In this document: positions 37,813 through 48,408 of the stretch, piece by piece
Layout: every line of letters starts with the position of its first letter
Numbering within the stretch: position 1 is the stretch's first letter
Assembly (NCBI GenBank): GCA_009845425.1
Contig: VXZQ01000001.1
Span: 101,303-165,302, forward strand
Length of the DNA stretch: 64,000 nucleotides
Direction: 5' to 3'
Origin: Holophagales bacterium
Lineage (GTDB): Bacteria > Acidobacteriota > Thermoanaerobaculia > Multivoradales > Multivoraceae
Notes under the pieces: model-generated
Databases searched by the model: none
Seen by the model: only the letters and a program-made list of their open reading frames with translations
What the model was told of the DNA's origin: nothing
Program-made: the position numbers and the translations under genes

Positions 37813-38882
37813 TCGAAGAAGACCTCGGCGAGCGCGATGCCGCTCTCGCCGGCGACGGCATAGAGGAGGAAGACGCGGCCGTCCTCCTCGTAGATCGCGG
37901 GATCGCGCAACTGGTTCACCTTGCCGTAGGCGGTGCTGCGGACGGACGGTTCGAGCGGCGCGTCGGCACCCTCCCAGTCGCGTTCCGGCCGCAGGACCTC
38001 GACCGGTTCGGACTCGGTCCAGTCCATCCAGTCGCCGGACAGGTCGATGCTGCTCAGCAGGATCCGCTCCGGAGCCTCGCCGACCTGGGTCCAGAACACC
38101 CACAGGGTGTCGCCTTGAAGCAGCACGGCCGAGTGGCGCATGTCCGGGTTGAACAGCAGCGGCCCCTCCTCGAAGTTCGTGAAGCCGTCCGCCGAGCGGT
38201 AGAACTGGCCGGGCATGGCGAGCGAGTAGGTCAACCCGCCGTAGTGGAAGATCCGCATGTAGGTGCGCCCAAGCGACTGGGGCTGGGCTTCGAAGTCGAT
38301 GCCATCGGTCGAAGCGGCGACCCGCGAGATCTGCCTGCCCACGTCTTCCAGACCGTGGAAGTACATGACGATCCGCTGGCCTTCCTCGTCGACGTGGACG
38401 TCCGGCGACGCGATGTGGGTCGCCGTGATCTCCTTCTGAACGTCGTGAGAGAGCTTCAGGCCCCGGCGCTCCTCCCACTCGGCAACCATCTCGGGCGTCA
38501 CCTCCGGCGGTTCGACCAGGAAGTGGGAGTGCTCGATCTGCAGGCTGCCGGGCACGTGGATCGACCACGGCCCGAGCAGGTCGTCGGCGTAGGCGAGCCG
38601 GATGTAGTGACCCTTGTGGTCGGCGAAGTAGAGGTAGTACCTGCCGAGCGGGTCGGCGATCCAGTCCGGCACGCGGATCAGCGACGGTCCCTGGATGTTC
38701 TCGCCGATGCTTGGGTCGAGCTCCGGCCCGATGATCGGGGCGTCGAGGAGCCGTTCGACGCGGACGGTGCGCGTGGTTGCGGCGTCGGATGGCGGTTCCG
38801 CCTCAGCGGCCGACTCGGCATCCGGCGTCGCGCAGGCCAGAACGGTGAGTGAAAGGGCCACGAGAGACTGCACCGCTCTCAT
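37809..38882 (-). CDS. Five-bladed beta-propeller glycosyl-hydrolase-like lipoprotein
   Basis: Lipobox VLAC; GPSLI, YYLYFADHKG..IRLAYAD, HIASPDV, QLRDPAIY, LLYAVAGE.GIA. Confidence 0.7.
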   Translation of the reverse strand: MRAVQSLVALSLTVLACATPDAESAAEAEPPSDAATTRTVRVERLLDAPIIGPELDPSIGENIQGPSLIRVPDWIADPLGRYYLYFADHKGHYIRLAYADDLLGPWSIHVPGSLQIEHSHFLVEPPEVTPEMVAEWEERRGLKLSHDVQKEITATHIASPDVHVDEEGQRIVMYFHGLEDVGRQISRVAASTDGIDFEAQPQSLGRTYMRIFHYGGLTYSLAMPGQFYRSADGFTNFEEGPLLFNPDMRHSAVLLQGDTLWVFWTQVGEAPERILLSSIDLSGDWMDWTESEPVEVLRPERDWEGADAPLEPSVRSTAYGKVNQLRDPAIYEEDGRVFLLYAVAGESGIALAEVFFE

Positions 38883-38930
38883 CGGCTGATCCGAGTGTCT
38901 GTGGGTTTCATTGCCTCTATGCTAGCCATC

Positions 38931-40901
38931 GTGTTCCACCAACTCCGTTGGGGCCTCGGAACACTCCAGGGCCTCCTCCTCTTTACCGCCGCCGCCGCTC
39001 AATACGGCGCCGAGGACGGCGAGTGGCGCCATCACGGTGGCGACGACGGCTTCACACGCTACACGGCGCTCGACCAGGTCGACGGCTCGAACTTCGACCG
39101 GCTCGAACCGGCGTGGAAGTGGGCGTCCGCCGACTCGCGCATCGAGGCGAACTCGCCCTACCGGCGCCAGGTGTTCCGCTCGTCGCCCCTGATCGTCGAC
39201 GGACGCCTCTACATCCCCACCGAGCTGAGCCAGGTCGCGGCGCTCGACGCCGCCACCGGCGAGGAACTCTGGGTCTACGACCCGAAGAGCTACGAGCGCG
39301 GCAAGCCGGCACAGAGCAACTACTACACCCGCGGTCTCGAGTACTGGACCGACGGCGAACAGGAACGCCTGTTCATCGCCACGATCGGCAAGCAGCTCAT
39401 CTCGGTCGACCCCGCCACCGGGCTGCCCGACCGCGGCTTTGGCGAGGACGGAGTGGTCGAGCTGTCCCGCAACCTCGGCCGCGAGAACATCGTGCTCCGC
39501 AACATCAGCCACGGCCAGCCGGTGATCGTCGTCGGGGACACGATCGTCGTCGGCTCGCGCATCTACGACTTCCCGCTCCGGAACAACAACCCGCCCGGCC
39601 ACGTGCGCGGCTACGACGTGCGGACCGGCGAGTTCAAGTGGCGCTTCCACACGATCCCCCAGGAGGGCGAGGAGTTCGTCGAGACCTGGGAGAACGACTC
39701 GTGGAGGATCACGGGCAACGCAAACGTATGGGCGCCGATGACCGCCGACCAGGAGCTGGGCTACGTCTACCTGGCGACGAGCACGCCGACCAGCGACTAC
39801 TACGGCGGGCTCCGGCACGGCGACAACGTGTACTCGGAGAGCCTGATCTGCGTCGACGCCGCGACCGGTGAGCGCGTGTGGCACTTCCAGACCGTCCACC
39901 ACGGCGTCTGGGACTACGACATCGCCTCGGCGCCGAACCTGATCGACATCGTCGTCGAGGGCCGGCTGATCAAGGCCGTCGCCCAGGTATCGAAGACCGC
40001 GTTCACCTACGTCTTCGACCGCGAAACGGGCGAGCCCGTGTGGCCGATCGAGGAGCGGCCCGTTCCCTGGGAGAGCACGGTCCCGGGCGAGAAGCTGGCG
40101 AAGACGCAACCGTTCCCGACGAAGCCGCCGGCGTTCGACCGCCAGGGCGTCAGCGAGGACGACCTGATCGACTTCACCCCGGAACTGCGGGCCGAGGCGC
40201 TCGAACTCGCCGAGAAGTTCATCCTCGGGCCGATGTTCATGCCCCTGATCCGCCGCGGCGAGGGCGGCAAGGAGGCGATCCTGGCCGTGCCCGGCGCCGG
40301 CGGCGGCGCCAACCATCCGGGAGCGGCGGCCGACCCCGAGACCGGGATGCTCTACGTGCAGTCGTCGACCCGGCCTTCGGGGATGGCACTGGTCAAGCCG
40401 GACGGAGCGCGGAGCTTCTGGCCCTTCATCCTCGACCGCGTGTCGACCGCCGGGCCGCGCGGTCTGCCCCTGCTCAAGCCGCCGTACCGGCGCATCACGG
40501 CCATCGATTTGAACCGGGGTGACATCGCCTGGCAGGCGCCGCTCGGCGACGGACCGCGCAACCATCCCGCGATTCGCCACCTGAACCTGGGGCCGTTGGG
40601 TGGCCGCTCGTCCAGCGCAGTGACGGAGGGCGGCATCCTGGTCACGAAGACGCTGGTCGTCACGCATGCCGCGCGCTTCGAGGTCTACAACGACCGCTCG
40701 ACGGTGCTCGGCAGCTCGCTCCAGGCCTACGACAAGTTCACCGGCGAGCTGCTGTCCGAAGTGCTCACCGAGCGCGCGCTGCACGGCGCTCCGGTCAGCT
40801 ACATGCAGGACGGGCGGCAGTACATCGCCGTCACCGGCGGCGGCATGACCGAGCCGGCGGAGCTGATCGCTTTCGCCCTTCCGGACAGCGAAGAGCCGTA
40901 A
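38931..40901 (+). CDS. PQQ-dependent dehydrogenase (quinoprotein glucose dehydrogenase-like)
   Basis: W..HGGD..F.RY.ALDQ, Trp-docking repeats, FQTVHHGVWDYD, TQPFP, KPPY..ITAIDL..G...WQ. Start chosen at GTG 38931 (TATGCT 7 nt upstream); 38895 and 38919 are alternatives. Confidence 0.9.
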   Translation: MFHQLRWGLGTLQGLLLFTAAAAQYGAEDGEWRHHGGDDGFTRYTALDQVDGSNFDRLEPAWKWASADSRIEANSPYRRQVFRSSPLIVDGRLYIPTELSQVAALDAATGEELWVYDPKSYERGKPAQSNYYTRGLEYWTDGEQERLFIATIGKQLISVDPATGLPDRGFGEDGVVELSRNLGRENIVLRNISHGQPVIVVGDTIVVGSRIYDFPLRNNNPPGHVRGYDVRTGEFKWRFHTIPQEGEEFVETWENDSWRITGNANVWAPMTADQELGYVYLATSTPTSDYYGGLRHGDNVYSESLICVDAATGERVWHFQTVHHGVWDYDIASAPNLIDIVVEGRLIKAVAQVSKTAFTYVFDRETGEPVWPIEERPVPWESTVPGEKLAKTQPFPTKPPAFDRQGVSEDDLIDFTPELRAEALELAEKFILGPMFMPLIRRGEGGKEAILAVPGAGGGANHPGAAADPETGMLYVQSSTRPSGMALVKPDGARSFWPFILDRVSTAGPRGLPLLKPPYRRITAIDLNRGDIAWQAPLGDGPRNHPAIRHLNLGPLGGRSSSAVTEGGILVTKTLVVTHAARFEVYNDRSTVLGSSLQAYDKFTGELLSEVLTERALHGAPVSYMQDGRQYIAVTGGGMTEPAELIAFALPDSEEP

Positions 40902-40914
40902 GGAGGAACAGTCG

Positions 40915-41934
40915 ATGCGAACCCATCTGCCCGTCGCTGCGCTCATCCTCGGTCTGTCCGCCCCGGCAACGGCACAGGACGACATTCCGCGAACCCCGAG
41001 CGGCCGTCCGGACCTCTCGGGCACCTACGACATCGCCACCCGCACGCCGATGATGCGCGATCCGAAGTACGGCGACGGTCCCTACATGAGCGCGGAGGAC
41101 GCGCACGGGATCGCAGCCTCGACCGAGGCCGCCAAGGTCCAGGCCGACATCCCCAGCGACCCGGACCGCGAGGCGCCGCCGGTCGGCGGCGACGGACATC
41201 GCAGCAACATCGGCGGCCACAACCCGTTCTGGTTCGACTTCGGCACGATCCCCTTCCAGGTCGACGGCAAGTACCGCAACTCGATCATCACGGACCCGCC
41301 GGACGGCCGGCTGCCGCCCAAGACGGACCGCGGACGGGCGCTCACACCGCGCGGCCTCGGCGCCTACAACCGGAACCCGGGCGGGGCGTGGTGGATCGAG
41401 ACCGGCGAGGACCTCTACGACGAGCCGGAGGTCCAGACCCTGGGCACGCGCTGCCTCTACGCCGGCGGCCCCACGGTGCCGGTCCGGCCTTCCGCCTACA
41501 ACAACCTGAAGACGATCACGCAGACCGACACCCACGTCGCGATCCACGTGGAGTGGATGCACTGGACCCGGATCGTCCGCCTCGACTCCGAGCACGCGCC
41601 GCAGGAGTACCGCTCGTTCGGCGGTGATTCGGTCGGCTGGTGGGAGGACGACACCCTGGTCGTCGAGACGACGAACTTCCTGCGCGCCCCGCATGTTCCC
41701 CACGACGGCCTGCGCGTCGTCGAACGTTTCAAGCGGCTCGACGCGGACACGCTGTTCTACGAGTTCACCGTGGAGGACTCCGACTACACCGCCCCATACA
41801 CGGGCTCCCTGCCCTGGCCCCGGACCGGCAAACGTCTCTACGAGTACGCCTGCCACGAGGGGAACTACTCGATGGGCAACATGCTTCGCGGCGCCCGGCT
41901 GCTCGAAGAGGAGGCCAGCGAGAAGCGGCCCTGA
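40915..41934 (+). CDS. Conserved secreted hypothetical protein often found beside PQQ enzymes
   Basis: AAGGAGG SD; signal peptide; IPRTPSGRPDLSG, GDSVGWWE.DTLVVET.NF, YEYACHEGN. Confidence 0.75.
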   Translation: MRTHLPVAALILGLSAPATAQDDIPRTPSGRPDLSGTYDIATRTPMMRDPKYGDGPYMSAEDAHGIAASTEAAKVQADIPSDPDREAPPVGGDGHRSNIGGHNPFWFDFGTIPFQVDGKYRNSIITDPPDGRLPPKTDRGRALTPRGLGAYNRNPGGAWWIETGEDLYDEPEVQTLGTRCLYAGGPTVPVRPSAYNNLKTITQTDTHVAIHVEWMHWTRIVRLDSEHAPQEYRSFGGDSVGWWEDDTLVVETTNFLRAPHVPHDGLRVVERFKRLDADTLFYEFTVEDSDYTAPYTGSLPWPRTGKRLYEYACHEGNYSMGNMLRGARLLEEEASEKRP

Positions 41935-42066
41935 CCCCGGCATCGCTGATACCCTCCCTCCGGCCCAGCCAACAGACCGGCGCTTCCGAAGCGCCTCCTG
42001 ACGCTCCGGAAGTCCCTTCTGGCCAACCAAGTACTCGATCCGTACACCGTCCGCCACGGCGAGGCC

Positions 42067-43437
42067 GTGGCTCCGCCGGCGACCTTCCGGGAGCGGCTGA
42101 AGTACCTCGGACCGAGCCTGATCGTCACCGGCGCCGTGATCGGTTCCGGCGAACTGGTGTTGACGACCAGCCTGGGCGCGGTCGCCGGCTTCACGCTGCT
42201 CTGGTGGATGCTCCTCTCCTGCTGGTGCAAGTCGCTGATCCAGGCGGAGATGGCCCGCTACACGATCGAGTCGGGCGACACCTACCTGCGGGCGATGAAC
42301 CGGCTGCCGGGACGCATCTGGAGGATCTCCTGGCCGATCTGGCTCGGGCTGATCGCCTACGTACCGGGGACGATGGGCCTCGGCGGCATCATCGGCGGTG
42401 CCGGCCAGTCGATGTCCTTCCTCGCCTCGCTCGGGAACATCGAACTCGACGGGGTTCTCTGCACCGGTCTCATCGCCATCGCCGGTTCGATCATCCTCGG
42501 CACCGGCTCCTACAAGTGGCTCGAACGCGTGATGCTGCCCCTGGTCATCGCATTCACGTTCTGCACGCTGATCTGCCTGATCGCGATGCAGTTCACGGAG
42601 TTCCGCACGTCGCCCGGCGAGATCCTCGGCGGCATGAAGCCGGACATGACCCTGTTCGTCGCCGTCGCGGCCCTCGCGCTTTCGGCCTACGGCTACACCG
42701 GCACGACCTCGGGCGACATCTCGTCCTACACCTACTGGTGCGTCGAAAAGGGCTACCCGAGCTTCCTCGGCGCCGACCGCAGCGACCCGAACTGGGAGTC
42801 CCACGCCCGCGGCTGGATGCGGGTGCTCCACACCGACGTCTGGCTGGCCCTGCTCATCGTCACCTGCGCCACGATCCCCTACTACATCCTCGGCGCCGGG
42901 GTGCTGAACAAGATGGGGCTGACGCCGGAGGGGAACGACGAGACGATCGGGGCCCTCTCCAACATCTTCACCCAGACCCTCGGCCTCTGGGCGGTGTGGA
43001 TCTTCGCGATCGGCGCCTTCTGCATCCTGTTCTCCACCGTGCTTTCGGGAGCCGGCGGCGGCGGCCGCTCGATCCCGGACTACCTGATGGAGATGGGCCT
43101 GATCGAGCGCTCCAACCTGGCGCTGCGCAAGAAGATCATCCGCGGCTACCTGGTCTGCCTGCCGCTGGCCGCCTTCGGGATCTACTACTTCGTCACCGAC
43201 TTCGTCATCCTGATCATGGTCGGTGGCCTGACCTCGGCGATCTTCCTGCCCATTCAGGCCGGCGCCACGCTGTGGCTGCAGCGCACGCGGATGGACCCAC
43301 GGATCCGGCCGCGCCGGCTGACCTACGTCGGCATCTGGGTCGTGTTCGTGTTCGAGGCCGCGATGGCGCTCCTGGTCATCCGCTACGTCGTGCTCGCCGA
43401 CCAGTTCGACTGGCTGTTCGGCTACCTCTTCGGCTGA
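42067..43437 (+). CDS. Nramp-like (APC superfamily) transporter
   Basis: [31 protein letters not shown]; about 11 TM helices. Confidence 0.8.
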   Translation: MAPPATFRERLKYLGPSLIVTGAVIGSGELVLTTSLGAVAGFTLLWWMLLSCWCKSLIQAEMARYTIESGDTYLRAMNRLPGRIWRISWPIWLGLIAYVPGTMGLGGIIGGAGQSMSFLASLGNIELDGVLCTGLIAIAGSIILGTGSYKWLERVMLPLVIAFTFCTLICLIAMQFTEFRTSPGEILGGMKPDMTLFVAVAALALSAYGYTGTTSGDISSYTYWCVEKGYPSFLGADRSDPNWESHARGWMRVLHTDVWLALLIVTCATIPYYILGAGVLNKMGLTPEGNDETIGALSNIFTQTLGLWAVWIFAIGAFCILFSTVLSGAGGGGRSIPDYLMEMGLIERSNLALRKKIIRGYLVCLPLAAFGIYYFVTDFVILIMVGGLTSAIFLPIQAGATLWLQRTRMDPRIRPRRLTYVGIWVVFVFEAAMALLVIRYVVLADQFDWLFGYLFG

Positions 43438-43522
43438 AGAACCAAAGCGTCGGTGCGCCGGCCCTCTGGCCGGCATCCGGCGCAAAGCGCCGGCTCCGTC
43501 AGGCGCTACGATGCGAAGCACC

Positions 43523-44707
43523 ATGACTCGCCATTTCCTCACAATCACCCTCGCCCTGCTGACAGCTTCCGCCGCCCTCGCCCAACGCCCGGGCGACCGC
43601 AGCGACCGTATGCGAGAGAGGAGCCGGCAGATCGACGCCCGGCTCGCCGACGACCCCTACGTCGGTATCCACGCCAGCTCAGGCCTCCAGCGCGGCCTCT
43701 ACAGGATCGAGTCGACAGGCGTGTCGACCGAACCGGTCCGGCTGGCCGCCGAGAAGTTCCTGGCAGCCCTCTCGGCCGAACAGCGCGCGAAGACGACATT
43801 CGCGGTCGACGACGACGAGTGGCGCAAGTGGATGAACCAGCACTTCTACGTGCGCCAGGGCGTCGGCTTCGACGAGATGGACGAAGCTCAACGCGAAGCA
43901 GCCTTCGGCCTGATGCGCGCCTCGCTCAGCGCGGACGGACTCAAGCTGAGCCGCGACATCATGAACCTCAACCGGACGCTGGGCGAACTGAACGACAACA
44001 ACTTCGCCGAGTACAACGAGTGGCTGTACTGGATCACCGTGATGGGCAAGCCCTCCGCCGATCAGCCCTGGGGCTGGCAGGTCGACGGCCATCACCTGAT
44101 CATCAACTACTTCGTGCTCGGCGATCAGGTCGTGATGACACCCCTGTTCGTCGGTTCGGAACCGGTCATCGCCGAGTCCGGAAAGTACAAGGGCACGGTG
44201 ATCATGCAGCGGGAGCAGAACCAGGGTCTGGCCCTGATCCGCTCCCTCACGCCGGAGCAGCGCACCAGGGCCGTCATCAAGACCTCGAAGGACGGCAACA
44301 ACAACCTCGGCGAGGCCTTCAGCGACAACATCGTGCTCGACTACGCCGGCATCCCCGCCGCTGAGCTGTCAGCCGAGGCCAGGAAGCGACTGCTCGACCT
44401 GATCGGCCTCTACGTCCACAACATGCGCGAGAGCCACGCGAGGGTACGAATGGTGGAGGTGGAAGCCCACCTGAATGAAACCCACTTCGCCTGGATAGGC
44501 GCCACGGACGAAGACGCCATCTTCTACTACCGCATCCACAGCCCGGTCATCCTGATCGAGTTCGACCACCAGCGGCCCGTCGGCATCCGTCACCTGGTCG
44601 AAGGCCGCGCTCCCATCCGCCAGCACATCCACGCCGTGGTGCGGACGCCGAACGGTAACGACTACGGCAAGGACCTGCTCCGGCAGCACTACGAGCGAGA
44701 CCACTAA
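43523..44707 (+). CDS. DUF3500 family protein, secreted
   Basis: Signal peptide; [50 protein letters not shown]. Confidence 0.85.
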   Translation: MTRHFLTITLALLTASAALAQRPGDRSDRMRERSRQIDARLADDPYVGIHASSGLQRGLYRIESTGVSTEPVRLAAEKFLAALSAEQRAKTTFAVDDDEWRKWMNQHFYVRQGVGFDEMDEAQREAAFGLMRASLSADGLKLSRDIMNLNRTLGELNDNNFAEYNEWLYWITVMGKPSADQPWGWQVDGHHLIINYFVLGDQVVMTPLFVGSEPVIAESGKYKGTVIMQREQNQGLALIRSLTPEQRTRAVIKTSKDGNNNLGEAFSDNIVLDYAGIPAAELSAEARKRLLDLIGLYVHNMRESHARVRMVEVEAHLNETHFAWIGATDEDAIFYYRIHSPVILIEFDHQRPVGIRHLVEGRAPIRQHIHAVVRTPNGNDYGKDLLRQHYERDH

Positions 44708-44724
44708 GAAGGTCGCCGCTTCGC

Positions 44725-44779
44725 GGCGCGTTTCATGGCCGCCTATGGCGGCAGCGGGTCAGAGGACCCGCGCACCCAG
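44725..44779 (+). repeat. REP-like element family B, copy 3
   Basis: GGCGCGTTTCATGGCCGCCTATGGCGGCAGCGGGTCAGAGGACCCGCGCACCCAG. Confidence 0.85.
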
Positions 44780-44823
44780 CGTTCGCCACGGCGCTGCGGC
44801 AATGTGCTACCGTGTGCGTCATC

Positions 44824-45117
44824 ATGGCTGGAACCGATGTCGGGACGTCGCAAGTGGGTATCCGGGCGCTACGTCAGAACCTCAGCGTCTACCTTCGGCG
44901 CATCCATCGCGGCGAACGGTTCGAGGTGACCGACCGTGGTCGGCCCGTCGCCCTGCTCATACCGCTCGGGGGAGACCTGTCTCCCGTGGAGCGACTCGTA
45001 GCTCAGGGGCGGGCGACCATGCCGGCAGGGAACGTGCTCGATCTTCCGCCGCCCACCGGCAAGCCGTCGACGGCGGCGAGCGACGCCATCATCGCCGAGC
45101 GCGAAGACCGACTCTGA
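44824..45117 (+). CDS. Phd/YefM family antitoxin
   Basis: VGIRALRQNLS.YLRR...GE.FEVTDRGRPVALLIP. Confidence 0.88.
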   Translation: MAGTDVGTSQVGIRALRQNLSVYLRRIHRGERFEVTDRGRPVALLIPLGGDLSPVERLVAQGRATMPAGNVLDLPPPTGKPSTAASDAIIAEREDRL

Positions 45118-45123
45118 GCGTCG

Positions 45124-45513
45124 GTGATCTACCTCGATTCCTCAGCCATCATCAAGCTCGTCGTCGCGGAGCCGGAGTCGAACGCACTCCGCGCCTACCT
45201 GGCCGAGCACGAGGGCCATGTGTCGAGCGGCCTCGCGCGGGTCGAGGTCTCTCGAGCGCTGCGCCGGACGAACGACAGACCAGCCGTGCTGCGCTATGCC
45301 GACCAGGTACTCGAGAGGATCGTGCTGGTCGCCGTGGACGGAGCAGTCATCGCCAGCGCGGCATCCCTGGACCCACCGCTACTGCGAAGCCTGGACGCCA
45401 TTCACCTCGCCACGGCACTTTCGCTGGAAGAACTCAACGCACTGGTGACCTACGACCGGCGGCTCAGCGCCGCCGCCAAAGAGGCGGGGCTGCTCGTCGC
45501 GTCTCCAGGCTGA
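45124..45513 (+). CDS. vapC: VapC family PIN-domain toxin
   Basis: MIYLDSSAIIKL, E, LRSLDAIHLATA, LVTYDRRL. Confidence 0.9.
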   Translation: MIYLDSSAIIKLVVAEPESNALRAYLAEHEGHVSSGLARVEVSRALRRTNDRPAVLRYADQVLERIVLVAVDGAVIASAASLDPPLLRSLDAIHLATALSLEELNALVTYDRRLSAAAKEAGLLVASPG

Positions 45514-45514
45514 G

Positions 45515-48340
45515 CTACTCGACGGTCACCCAGATCGGCGAGGACCAGGCCATGTTGCCGTCGACCTGGATCACCCGCACGTAGTACAGGTGCTCGCCAG
45601 GTTCGACGTCGGCGTCGGCGAACTCGAGGCTGACGTCGGCCTCCAGATTCTGGCGGTTGTAGAGGAAGGTCTGGTCGCGGATGATGTCGATCTGGCGGAT
45701 CGGCGTCGTACCGATCACACGGACGCTGAGCCGGAAGTCACCGTCGGCGGTCAGGATGTCGCCCTGGAGGTACTCCCTGCCTCCGGTCCGCAGCCGGTAG
45801 TCGAGGATGATGTTGTCCGTCGCGCCGTAGCTGTGGCGCTTCTTCATCGCCTCGAGCATCCCCTCCCGCGTGAACTCCTCGGCGATCGTGGCGGCGTAGG
45901 AGATGTGGGTCGAGAGGTGGTCCGACGCGGCCTGGACGCCCAGCTTGTAGCCCTTGGCCCAGGCGTTCCAGACGTAGCCCTCCGGTCGAAAGCCTCCCGG
46001 GGCTGAGCGCAGGTTGCCGGTGCGGGCGGCGCGCGGCGCCCCCTCGTACTCGTTCGAGACCCGATCGCCCTGGTAGATCTCGACCAGCGGTTCGACCTCC
46101 GGGTCGTTGTCGCGCCAGTCCGTTCCCATGCTTGAAGCCGACGTGTGGGAGATGGCGATGCCATCGTGCTCCTTCAGGTACTCGTAGAGCCTCGCCGCGC
46201 CCTCCTCGTGGGTCCGCTCGGCCTCGGTGACCGGCAGCGTCGGCTTGCCGCGCTCCGCGAACAGGATGTTCCGGTGCCCGTCGGGGAAGGAGATGCTCCG
46301 CTCATAGCCGTAGAAGGGCTGGAAGCGGCCGGAGACCGAGAAGACGTCGACCGTCTGGTGCAGGAGCCAGTTGATGTACTCGATGTCCGGGCCGCCCAGG
46401 AAGTTGTGCTCGCTGGCCAGCAGGAAGTCGAGCGAGGCGACATCCATCGCGTAGCGGTAGGTCTGGATCAGCGAGCCATCGTTGTTGCCGTCCATCGAGA
46501 TCTCGGTGTGGCGGTGGGTGTCGCCGCGGTAGATCCGGTACGTCTTCCCCTCGGACTCGATCTCGTAACTGCGGATTCGCTCCAGGTCCTCCGCCTCGTT
46601 CTCGTGGATCACGTATCCCGGCACCTCGTCGACGACCAGGGCCACCAGTTTCGGCGGCACGACCTTTGTCATCAAGCGCGGCAGCTTCGCGGCGTAGACG
46701 TCGGCGTGCTCGAACAGGAAGCCCGAGTAGTCCCGGTTGTCCGTCGGCCAGCTCGCCCAGACGTCGCCGTTGCCGTCGGCGGCCAGCCCCCAGCGGGCGT
46801 CCTGCCGGAAGCGCGTCATCGGGATGTGCTGCGGCCGGAGCCAGCGGTCTCCCTGGAGCGTCGTGCTCCAGACCTCCCAGGCGGCCCGGTGGGCAGGGGA
46901 CTCGCTGAGGATGTCGGCCTGGCGGGTGGTCCGGTGCCGGAAGTGGAGCCAGACCCTGCCGTCCGCGTCCGGGAAGAGCACGGGGAAGTCGTTGTAGCCC
47001 TGGAGCTCTTCGGGCAGCGCCTCGTTGATGTCCGCGGCCGGCGACCGCCACTCCCAGCCGTCGTGGACCGCGACATTCAGCGTGCGCCACTCATAGAGCC
47101 GCGTGCCCTCCCGATTGAGCACCCAGCCCGTGTCCTTGCCCCAGTTGACACCGCTCTCGTTCCAGGCCGCCCAGACCCGGTCCTGCCCGTCGACGGCGAG
47201 GCTGATGTGCGCCTCGTACTTGGCCGTCGAGGCAACCGCCATCTCCTCGCCCCACGCGCCGCCGGCCCAGCGTCGGACCAGCACGTCGTAGTTGCCGGCG
47301 CCGTAGCTGTCCCAGCCGACGTACACGCCGCCCTTCGAGTCAGCGACGATCACCGGCTCCCAGTCGTTCGCCGGCGACGACGAGACCTGCTCCGCCTCGG
47401 ACCAGCGTTCGCCGTCGTAGCGGCGGGCGAAGACGTCGGCGGCGCCGTCGCGAAAGCCCTGCCAGACCACCCAGAGATTCCCCTCGGCGTCCGTCGCCAG
47501 GTTGTGGAAGACGTCCGGCTGCGGCGCCTCCGTCAGCCGTTCCGCCGGCGACCAGGACTCGCCGTCGAGGACGCGCGCGTAGAGATCCCAGTTCCCGTCG
47601 ACCTGAGCCGAGTAGACGACCCAGGGGCGGCCCTCCCCGTCGCGGCCCATCTTCACCAGATAGTGATCGCCGGGCTGCTCCGTCAGGGTCTGGACCTCTC
47701 CCCAGCCCTTCCCGTCGAACCGCCGCGCCAGCACCTCGTTCGCGTTGTCGCGGTAACCGAGCCAGGCGGCCCAGACCTCGTCGCCGTCGCTGCCGAGGAT
47801 CGTGGCGAAGTCGTTCTGGTAGTCGTCGGAGGTCAGCCGCTCGACCCCGGGCACGCGTTCGACCGTCACGTCGCCGCCCAGGAACCGCAGCCGCCGGCCG
47901 ACCGAGACATCCGCGAGCCGGACCTCGAACTCGCCGTTGGCGGTGGCGAACATCAGGCGCGTGCCGCCGTTGCCCCGCACGTCGACGACCAGTCCGGGCG
48001 ATCGGTGGTACTCGACCGGACCGACCGTCTGCGTATCGTGCATGGCGCGGGGGGTGAAGTTCGGACCCTGATAGCTGGCGACCTTCCAGGTGTTGCCCTC
48101 GACCTCGCTTGCGGGGCGTGGCCGCCAGTCGCGGAGGCCCAGCAGTTCGCCGCCCGCCACTTCGAGCGAGCCGTCCCAGTCGCGGGCCGCGGCGTCGTTC
48201 ACGCCGAGGCGGACGAGGAGCGAGACGACATCGTCGGCGGCGAGGGTGCCGGCTTCCTGCGCCGCGGCCGGCGGACACAGGACGAACAGGGCGGCTGCCG
48301 CGACGGCAGCCGCAGCGAAGGCGACCTTGTTGTGTGACAT
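45515..48340 (-). CDS. Large secreted protein: beta-propeller repeats plus C-terminal PHP/DUF3604-like metallohydrolase domain
   Basis: Signal peptide; repeated D..G..WV.W..Y/F blades; GDTHRHT, EHN, GHRN, SHT, VEIYQG, ASDH, YYVRV.Q.DG..AWSSPIW. Confidence 0.75.
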   Translation of the reverse strand: MSHNKVAFAAAAVAAAALFVLCPPAAAQEAGTLAADDVVSLLVRLGVNDAAARDWDGSLEVAGGELLGLRDWRPRPASEVEGNTWKVASYQGPNFTPRAMHDTQTVGPVEYHRSPGLVVDVRGNGGTRLMFATANGEFEVRLADVSVGRRLRFLGGDVTVERVPGVERLTSDDYQNDFATILGSDGDEVWAAWLGYRDNANEVLARRFDGKGWGEVQTLTEQPGDHYLVKMGRDGEGRPWVVYSAQVDGNWDLYARVLDGESWSPAERLTEAPQPDVFHNLATDAEGNLWVVWQGFRDGAADVFARRYDGERWSEAEQVSSSPANDWEPVIVADSKGGVYVGWDSYGAGNYDVLVRRWAGGAWGEEMAVASTAKYEAHISLAVDGQDRVWAAWNESGVNWGKDTGWVLNREGTRLYEWRTLNVAVHDGWEWRSPAADINEALPEELQGYNDFPVLFPDADGRVWLHFRHRTTRQADILSESPAHRAAWEVWSTTLQGDRWLRPQHIPMTRFRQDARWGLAADGNGDVWASWPTDNRDYSGFLFEHADVYAAKLPRLMTKVVPPKLVALVVDEVPGYVIHENEAEDLERIRSYEIESEGKTYRIYRGDTHRHTEISMDGNNDGSLIQTYRYAMDVASLDFLLASEHNFLGGPDIEYINWLLHQTVDVFSVSGRFQPFYGYERSISFPDGHRNILFAERGKPTLPVTEAERTHEEGAARLYEYLKEHDGIAISHTSASSMGTDWRDNDPEVEPLVEIYQGDRVSNEYEGAPRAARTGNLRSAPGGFRPEGYVWNAWAKGYKLGVQAASDHLSTHISYAATIAEEFTREGMLEAMKKRHSYGATDNIILDYRLRTGGREYLQGDILTADGDFRLSVRVIGTTPIRQIDIIRDQTFLYNRQNLEADVSLEFADADVEPGEHLYYVRVIQVDGNMAWSSPIWVTVE

Positions 48341-48408
48341 TGCCGGCTAGCTTAGCCGGCGCTGGGCAGTACTCTACGGCTCCACCCAGACAGTAAGAGG
48401 TGTTCTCG

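Noticed and set aside
37813-38568. 698-aa amidohydrolase with a long N-terminus
   Set aside because: The extension is an off-frame overlap with the upstream GH-like gene. The lipoprotein signal begins at GTG 37812.
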